Origin: the human T2T-CHM13v2.0 reference genome, Homo sapiens
Length of the DNA stretch: 64,000 nucleotides
Assembly (NCBI RefSeq): GCF_009914755.1
Contig: NC_060929.1
Strand: one strand, 5' to 3'
Of this stretch, positions 55,272 through 64,000 are shown piece after piece. The notes under the pieces were generated by a model. The model worked only from the letters and a program-made list of their open reading frames with translations. It searched no databases and was not told where the DNA came from. Position 1 is the stretch's first letter. Each line of letters opens with the position of its first letter. A program made the position numbers and the translations under genes.

Positions 55272-56864
55272 GCAGTAAGTGACAGCACTGGCGAGAACTG
55301 CAGTCTTGGATCTAGGTATTACATTTCAAGTTTTGTTACATTTTTATTTGACTACAGCAGGATTTCTTTAGAGTAGACTAATTTCTTTCAGGCACTGAGC
55401 CAAGGTAATTTGTGAGATGGAGAAAGGTTCCCTCTCTCTCTCTCTCTTCCTCCTACCCTTCTTCCCTGTCCCTCTCCTTCTTTCTTCCTCATTTTGTCAA
55501 GAGAATATAAAGATACATATGAATATTATAGAACTTGCATTTTATTTTGGCCTGAATTATTGTTTTTTCATTCTACTATGAAATGGCTATTATATGTTAA
55601 GCAAAATAAAAATTTATCGAGCAATTTTTTAGTAACTGAAAGGGAGGCAATATTTCAGATACCTTTTTCCTCTAATGGCAAAGTTCAACAAAATGTTCAC
55701 CTGATCCTTTCATTCAGGGTAGAATAGGTTTTCCTATCATTAACACACATCTAATTTTATGTCTCTGAGAAAGATGTCTTGGAGGCTCTCAATTTTTCCA
55801 GTCATCTTTAGCAGACACTGAATTGCAAGAATCATGTGAATTACTTTACCATGCTTTTTTTTCATAATTTTAAAAAAAGAATTTAAACATACAATGGCAC
55901 TAGGGAAACAACATTGGTTCTCAGCATTTGGGAAATTTTTCCTGAATCCATCAAAGTGCAATTTCCTGACCACTGTCTTATGTTAAATAAATCAAGCCCT
56001 CTGGGTCTTAACTCTCCATTGCTGTAATTTAGGTGGAACTGGAGCAGGGGAATAAAAACAGGCTGAGACCAGTCAGGAATTAATGGATACCCTAGTTCCA
56101 CATTTTCTCATCTCATGATAGACTTGGGGTCATTTCATTGCCTGTTAATACTTTCATCAGACTAGGCAAATATATGCTCTAGTAAGTCAACTGTGTTATT
56201 TTCAAGATTTTTGTTAGCTTTTTAAAAGAATTTATTTATTAGAAACTGTACTAAAAGTCATCACTGAAATTACACATCAGAACTCTTACACAATTAATTT
56301 CTTTGCTATCCTTGTCTTTAACAAGGACCCAAAGTGTCAAATGCTTTATATGTTATGCATAAAAACCTTAAGCAGAAAAGACCATTATTATTCCTATTGT
56401 AAAGATGCAGGCATTAATTTTCTTGAGATGACACAATTCATATGGGGTGCAGCAGGAGCACAGATGGACATTTGGGTCCCAAATGTTCTCTTCCCTCCCC
56501 AAATTTATTTCCTTAATTTTACTGAAAACTTAAATTGTCATTTTTCTCTATAATTTTCCTCTTGTTACTGGGATAAATATGTTTGAAAATAAAATAGATT
56601 TTTAAAAAGTTAAAATGTCATCTGGATATTTCAAACTTTGCTCCAGATCACAATCCAGATCAAAGCCTGTCTTCACATGCCAAAGATTACCTTTTGCTGA
56701 ATAATTTTCTTTTGGAATATGTATTTTTTCACAGATTTCATGTTTATGACAATGATGTTACCCACTGTGCCTCAAATAAAGAACTCTTTCTGGTCTAGAC
56801 TTTTATAGAAACCTATGCATGCAACTTTCCATGTAAACAGTTTTGTTTAGGTTGAAATTAAAGG

Positions 56865-56876
56865 AGTGACGTCACT
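56865..56876. promoter_or_regulatory. Perfect CRE (TGACGTCA) in a 12-bp palindrome; candidate enhancer motif
   Basis: agtgacgtcact in non-repetitive sequence; function not demonstrable from sequence. Confidence 0.35.
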
Positions 56877-58029
56877 TCAGTAATTCCCCATGAAATATGG
56901 CTGTTAGTTAACTAACACCGTCAAGGTGCTGTCCAAGTTGCTTAACACATGTGTTTTACTAGTGCACGCCATTTGTGGGAAGAAACTCAAATAGTTTAGA
57001 TTGGCAACTTCTGATAAATATGCTAGGAGGTGCTAAGTGCTCATTTTGCCTCGTATGTCAGCTCTGAGCTGCTGTTTGGCTGCCCCTCTGGAGTTCCTAT
57101 CACTCTTCCCCGCTGGTCTCACTTTCTTGGATGGGACGTTTCCATTTATGAAACACAGCATGGGCTTCTAAAAATCAGACTAAAAATATCACTGCTAGTA
57201 TGCCCTTCCCAAATAGTTTATAAAAGCATACATACTTCAAATTTCCATTTCACATTTTAACTGTTAATATATATTCTCCAAATGACTCTGCACTAAATTT
57301 CCAAACTACTCTATGCTCTGCCTCCCAACATAAATGTATCATAAAAAGCAGATTCCTTAGTGCAAAGAACTTTCATTGGATTACAAGTAATTGTCTATTT
57401 TATATGGAGAAAGATAGGAAAACGGTAACCCTAAGTGATGTCATTTTTGCTTAGCACAAATAAGAAAAAGTCAAAAAAGGCTTTGATTCTTAAACCCAGT
57501 GGCTCCACTTAAAAAAAAAAAAAAAGAAAAAAAAGTATGGAAATATTTGCGGTATCTTCGTTTCTCCTGTATGATTTCCTAATCTGAACGATGTGTCCAG
57601 CGCCTCATGGAAGAGACATAAAAAGTAACCCAGAAGACAAAGTCCTTTAAGCCAGGGCAGAATCCCTTGGCAGTTATTCCCTCACCAATCTGGACAGAGG
57701 GCTGGGAGACACACAGTCCTGGGCTGAGGTGGAGATGTAGATCACTCACCCTAACTGCGGGGAATATCAAGCTCTTTGTTCTTCAATCAGGCACCCAGCA
57801 ACAGTAAGCCAAAACAAGGCTCCAGCATGCTAACATTGCTATGACCTAAGCTGCTCACACAGAGATCTCTCGTGATAGAAATGTGAATGAGTCACCTTTT
57901 GGTAATGAAGAGATCAAAAGACAGGACAGACATATTCCTTGGGAAAATCCAAATGACTCGCTCCAGGGTGGAGTTCATAGTCTACTTTGAAGAAGATACC
58001 TGGTACAACACTGCACAGAGTCTTTGTAC

Positions 58030-58460
58030 CTGAAAGTATGTTGAATACTATTCACAATGAAAAGAAATGGGGAAACAAATGCCCATCAATGGGAAAGCTG
58101 ACAAACACGCTATGGTATAGCTACATAATGGAATATTGTATCCCACTCTAAAGAATGAATTAGAGCAGCATGCAATTACATAGATCAATCATATCATTAT
58201 AATATGAAGTGAAAAAGTTAAATTCCACACAGCATTAAAACTCTTTTGTAACGTTTAACAACTGCAATAATGATTATGATGATGAATGGAGTATCTCTAG
58301 ATTTAATAAAATTATCTAAAAATTAACAAGAAAATGTGAGATTCCTATACAAAGTGATGGTTATATGGGGGCCTCATAACCACCATGGGTAGATGCAGGT
58401 TATTGTCATGGTCCTAGCTTTTGGTTTTGGTGGCTTCATGGGTGCTTATTACATTGTAAT
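58030..58460 (+). mobile_element. Old L1ME-type 3' fragment
   Basis: aaatgcccatcaatggg...ctatggtatagctacataatggaatat. Confidence 0.6.
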
Positions 58461-58581
58461 AGCAAAGCAAAAGTAGGTCATGGATCAATAATAATAAGAA
58501 TCATGAATCAAATACTATGATTAATACAATATTATGCACCTGAAAGAGAAAAGGGGAGCACCACATATAGAGAGAGTAGTC

Positions 58582-58617
58582 TAGATAGATAAATAGATAG
58601 ATAAATAGTATGTATGT

Positions 58618-58678
<61 letters not shown>

Positions 58679-58684
58679 AAGACA
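58582..58684. repeat. Compound tetranucleotide STR, core (TAGA)10(CAGA)5
   Basis: TAGA x10 at 58619-58658 and CAGA x5 at 58659-58678, with degenerate TAGA/TAAA/TATG units before. Confidence 0.95.
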
Positions 58685-58872
58685 GGAGAAATGCTGAAAT
58701 AAATAAATGAAAGCATCATAAAAAAGAAAAAGAAATTGATCTGTTTTTCTGTTTTGAAAGTCTTAATTTCAGTAGGCCATGTAGTTTGTTTGCAGTTGGT
58801 GACCAGGATTTTACTAGCTTTTTGTTTCAAAATGACTTAACAACATCTCTTTTCTTCATAACATGACTACTA

Positions 58873-59131
58873 CAGGCTGGAGTGCAGTGGCATGATCCCA
58901 GGTAACTGCAACCTCCGCCTCCTGGGCTTAGGTGATCCTAATGCCTCAAGCCTCCGGAGTAGCTGGGACCACATGCACATACTACCACGTCTGGCTAATT
59001 TTTGTATTTTTAGTAGAGACAGGGTTTCACCATGTTGGCCAGGCTGGTCTCAAACTTCCGGGCCTCAAGTGATCTGCCTGCCTTAGCCTCCCAAAGTGCT
59101 GGGATTACATGTGTGTGCCGCCGTGCCCGGC
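58873..59131 (-). mobile_element. AluJ-type element lacking its 3' end and poly-A tail
   Basis: Begins abruptly at caggctggagtgcagtgg with no poly-T; the Alu 5' end (gtgcccggc) is intact. Confidence 0.92.
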
Positions 59132-59619
59132 TACATTCACCCATTTAAGTCTTGTATTTTTTCCAAAAGCATATTATAATCAGCTTCATTGTAATAACCA
59201 TCTTTGATCTGTCCCTTAATGTCTGTTTTACTTTTACTTCAAGTCACTAAATATATTTTAATGAGATTTTTCTCTGACAGCAATTGATGGGAGGATCATT
59301 AAAATCAAACACATTTCATTTGACACTCTTAAACTTTTATTGATTTATAAAAGTAATAGTTTTATGGTAAGTGGAAAGGTCCCATATTTTCATCCCACAT
59401 TCAGTAAGCTTTAGATGTGCATATATTGTCTACTTGGCAGCACATAATGTGCCATAGATGTACCTACTGTTCTGGGGGATAAAGGTTGCAATGCCCTGTG
59501 ACAGAGGCTCTAACAGCTTTGTATACATTGTTCCGGGGAGACAAGAGTTCTGGACGGAAATTCACTGAGGGCTCAAGAAAAAAACTGCCAAATAAATGGG
59601 TCTTCCCACCCCCAACCTT

Positions 59620-61030
59620 ACTCTCTGTTTTAAATTTTTTGAATAAGTAATACATTTACATGGTTCAAAGTCAAAAACTTAGGTTAGGGCACTCAATGTG
59701 AAATCTCCTCTCCATTCCTTTTTCCAAGCCAGACAATTTCACCCCCAACAATATCCAATGCCACAGACTTTCTAGTCCTTCCATGGACATTCTATGCATT
59801 AACACACACACATACACACACACACTTTTTAATATTTTTTATGAAAATGTTTACAAATTGCCTTTGTCATGTAACAATATACCTTCAACATACGTTTATA
59901 TCAATATATAAAGTGTCTGCTATCTTTTCGTAAGGATGAACAGTTTCCCACTGTGTGCATGTTTTTAATTGAATCAGTCCACTATCCTATATAGGTCTAT
60001 GATATTTTGCTATTACAAAAAAAAGACAGAAGGAATAACCTTATTAAAATCCATCATTTCTTGATTATGAGTATAGACAAAACAACTTTTTAGAATTAAA
60101 ACTAAGTGATTAAATATTATAGTATGGATATTTGTAATTTTGATAGATATTTCTAAATTGCCCTCTATATAGGGCACTTTTATACTCTTATCAGGAATTT
60201 GTGAGAGTGTCTATTTCTTAACACCCTCACCAATACAGTTTGCCATTAGAATTTTTATTTTATCAACATTTAGAAGTAAAAAATAGTGTCTCACAGTTTT
60301 ATATTACACTCTCTTATTCTAAATACACTCTGCTTATATAAATAAGGATAAATATGTTTTTGCGAGTCACTGGTATTTCCCTTGCCATCAATAGTCAATT
60401 CATATCCTTGAACATTTTATTGGATATTTTCTTACTGATTTGTGGAATCTCTTTGTACTAGAAAAATTTGTCTTTCTGTGTGTTATGAGTTACAAATGCT
60501 TTTCCCAGTTTAGCATTTGTCTTTTTTTCTGGTTAGTAATTTTTTTTTCTTTTATTGCCATGTAATTTATTTTATTTTATGTAACTGAATTTATTAATCT
60601 ATTTCTCTATAACTTTTAAGTGGCCAACACACTGAAATATGCTTTCTCAGGTCTAAGACTATATAAAAATGCTCATGATTATTTTTAGTATCACTTTCTT
60701 TTGTATACATAATATTTTATACAAAATTGTATAGATAATATTTGTATCTTTGATTCATTTAAAATTTATCCTGGTATAAGATGTGACACATAGATCCAAA
60801 TTTATCTGTTTCAAATAATACCCTGTCATCTCAACATGATTCACTGCATATTTGATCTTTTCCCTTATTGATTTAAATGGCACAATTTCAACTTTTACTG
60901 AAATTTCTATTGTGTTTCATTGGGCTATTTACATGCTAGTACCATAGTAATTTAAATATTTTCGCTTTATAACATGTTTTAGTATCTAAAATGTCCTGTT
61001 CTCCAGTCTTTCAAATATTTTGCTGTCTTA
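59620..61030 (-). mobile_element. Old L1M (L1MC/ME) 3' portion
   Basis: T-rich; tttgtaattttgatagatatttctaaattgccctc, tgtgagagtgtctatttc, tagatccaaatttatc. Confidence 0.7.
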
Positions 61031-61104
61031 TCTTTCCATAGGAATAGTAAAGTACACTCTTGGCTATTTTAAAACTATTTCTTTAGACTATTGCTACTGA
61101 CTCC

Positions 61105-61488
61105 TGTATTAATCCATTTTCACATTGTTATAAAGAGCTACCTGAGACTGGGTAATATATAAAGAAAAAAAGTTTTATTTTATTGGCTCATGGTTCTGCA
61201 GGCAGTACAGGAAGCATGGCTAGGGAAGCTTCAGGAAACATACAATCATGGTGGAAGGTGAACAGGAAGCAGGCACCTGGCCAGAGCAGGAGAAAGAGAG
61301 ACAGAAGGGGGAAGAGCTACACACTTCTAAACAACCAGATCTCATGAGAACTCACTCACTATCACGAGAACAGCAAGGAAGAAATCTGCCCCCATGATCT
61401 AATCACCTCCCACAAGGCCCCTCTTCCAGCATTGGGGATTACAATTTGACATGAGATTTGGGTGGGGACGTAGGGCCAAGCCATATCA
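61105..61488 (-). mobile_element. MSTA-like MaLR solo LTR
   Basis: tgtattaatccattttcac...ggttctgcaggcagtacaggaagcatggc...ccatatca; TSD actcc/actac. Confidence 0.9.
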
Positions 61489-62224
61489 ACTACCTTCTGT
61501 GAACAAAGATAAAATTAGTTCAGTTCCACTTTCTTACACCTACTTTTGTTTTCCAAGACCTGCAATTACAATTCTAAAGTCATAATGAATGAATTATTTA
61601 GGCACAGAATACATTTTAATTTAATTAACAGAAAATATAACAAAAATCCCTTAACTGAATATCTAACATATCAGCCAGAGAGGCGGCATAGAATACTTCG
61701 GAGAGAAACGTTTACTTTTTCAGGAATTAGCCCTCATGGGCTAACTTCTTAAAAGGCTCCATGGAAACCAGCTATTATGAGTGCAGTGCTTAAATTGGTC
61801 AATCTGGGGAGGGGGCCTGAAGCAGTAGATTTGGGTTGGAGCCAGTGAACTGCCAGGTCATACATCTGCAATCCCTGACGATACAAATAAAAAGTTCTCC
61901 CAACCAGGAAGGCTCAAGTGAAGAAACAGAAATGAAGGTCAAGGCTCTGTATTTTTTTGCCTTCATTTTTTCAGGGCAGACAGATGATGCTTTTTCCAAT
62001 CACGCAGCTTATAATCTCTACAGCCAGTGCCAGGATCTTTAAACTGGATCTACTTCCAGCCTTGGTAGATTCTGGCCAGGGTACTACCACAAAATGCAAT
62101 GGGCAAAGGGAGAATCACACTCTTACTGCAACTGCTGTCTCCATGAGTTTCCCCGTCAGTGCAGTCCCAGGCTGGGATGTGTGCCGCCTGGTCATCCAAC
62201 ACCTTTGTTTGCTCAATAGCACTG

Positions 62225-62470
62225 GCTAGGAGCAAAAGCTTTGGAGTCAATCTAGCACACTGGCATTCTGGCTCTTCTGTTTCTCATCCATATAATCCTA
62301 AGAAAGTTACTTGGCCTCTTTGTGCCTCAGTTTTTTCATCTCTAAGGTGAGTTAATAATAGTAACTAACCTCACAGCTCTGTGGTGATGATTTAATAAGA
62401 TAACCCATGTAAAGTAGTTTAAATATTGTCTGGACTATAGAAAATGTTCAATTAATACAGCTTTTATTAA
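62225..62470 (+). mobile_element. MIR SINE
   Basis: gctttggagtca...aagttacttggcctctttgtgcctcagttttttcatctctaa...aacctcacag. Confidence 0.85.
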
Positions 62471-63581
62471 TTTTATTTTGGTACATATATCCTGCTGGCA
62501 GAGTCAGGCAAGAAAAATAGTTCAGATACAATATGGTAAGTGACGAATAAATTATTTGTGATGGGGGCAGAAAGCAGGTTTGAGTGTAGCACCCCTGACT
62601 TTCTTATTCAAGAGAGAGGGAATACATATGTTTTAACTACAGTGTTATAAATTAAGCTAAGATGATTTTCATGGTTTTTAAATTTATGACCCAAAAAGTC
62701 TTATCTGTTTCCAATGTTAGCAATCCCCTTGCTTCACTCTCCATTTTAATGAGTTTTCCCCTTGAGAATGTTAATGGATTTATTTTTATTTATTTTAAAA
62801 TTAATATACTTTATGTAATATGAATAAGAGCAAGTACTTTTCAGTTTAGTACAGAAAGTTTATTTTCCATGGTTTATCTAAGCAGAGTTGGAACAGCAGC
62901 AGAGGAGACTGTGCCAACAACTTTTATGAGTTTCATGAGCCTAAATAAATATATTTGTTGTCACAAGTCTCAAACAACAAAATGCTGTGTTAATGGAACA
63001 AAGCTGAAAACTCTTCAAACTAAATTGCAAACAACTATCTGCCACATAAAGAGCCATTTAAGGGAAACTTTCCAATACAATGATGTTCTTTTTCTGCCTC
63101 CCATGTAAGCCAGGAAAGAATAACTAGCTCAAGGAATGTTAACAAAGGTATAGTCTGGAAGGGAGGATCACGCAAGGACATCTGGCTCCTGCTTGTGCTT
63201 TATCCACATGGACTGAAATTCAAACGAAAATACTTTATTGTACAAAAGAAAAACGCTGAGCTGTCTTTTAGTGTACCATTTCATATTATATTGATGTGTT
63301 CTCCTTCCCTTCTTCATTTAAATTAAATGGATATTTAAATTAATGGATGTTTGAACAGAGGAAGTTAACTGAAACAACCTTCTCTTTGCATGTGAAGAAA
63401 TGGTTTATTCCACCAAAGAATAATTTTATCCGCTGTATTACAGAATTAGGAAATTAGATTTGGGAACCAAACTGGCACAGCAGAAATAAACATGGCTGCA
63501 GTGAGCATCATGAGAGGTTTTTTTGAGATCCAGGACCCTAATTGAGCAAAGGGGGATAATAACTGGTTCTCCTTAAAACAG

Positions 63582-63632
63582 ACACACACACACAAACACA
63601 CCACATACATACATACACACACAGAGAGAGAG
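63582..63632. repeat. (CA)n/(CATA)/(GA)n compound microsatellite
   Basis: acacacacacacaaacacaccacatacatacatacacacacagagagagag. Confidence 0.85.
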
Positions 63633-64000
63633 GAAAAGGGAGAAATATGTATTTCTTTCTGCTTTGGGTTCAGATTTACAGCTTACCTAGTTGTCTATAT
63701 CTGAATATGAGGGAAAAAAAGAGTCGCAGGAGAATCAAACAACATAAGCCTCCATGATAGATAGTGACAGACATGTTTCAAACATTAAGTTAGGAGATGA
63801 ATGCTGCCCCCAGCATTAAAACATTTTTAATAAAAACTATATATGCTCAAACTTGATTTTTTGGCAGAATAAGCCTTTCAGAATAAGATTTCTGTTAAGA
63901 AGACATCACAGTGAATGAGCAGAAGACATTTCTTTCTTTTAGCTAAAAAGCAAAGGTCCTTGACATCAGAAGCATTACCTGCAGGTGACCAAAGAGGAAC

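Overview
AT-rich, repeat-dense primate (very probably human) genomic DNA lying entirely inside the fibrillin-2 gene FBN2, transcribed on the minus strand. Four coding exons can be read with canonical AG/GT boundaries, all phase 1-1 and multiples of 3: a cbEGF exon (29507-29632), the TB/8-Cys exon (15955-16107), the FBN2-diagnostic glycine-rich exon (13968-14201) and an EGF exon (12851-12988). These are exons 8-11 in the usual numbering (numbering recalled, not derived). Everything else is intron, filled with L1, L2, Alu, MIR, MaLR/ERV1 LTRs, hAT and Tigger-derived elements and microsatellites; nearly all ORFs in the track are repeat-derived or random. I found no evidence of a new multi-gene system. 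The best unexplained signals are sense-strand splice-site architectures in non-repetitive intron sequence: a 29-36 nt cassette with tandem acceptors and tandem donors (974-1009), a 14-nt exon ending in an in-frame stop (63687-63700) and a possible alternative last exon (63212 downward). There are also candidate LTR/CRE regulatory elements and several fold-back repair scars. All of these are hypotheses needing RNA-seq and conservation checks. Repeat subfamily names come from recognising consensus sequences by eye, and boundaries of old repeats are approximate.
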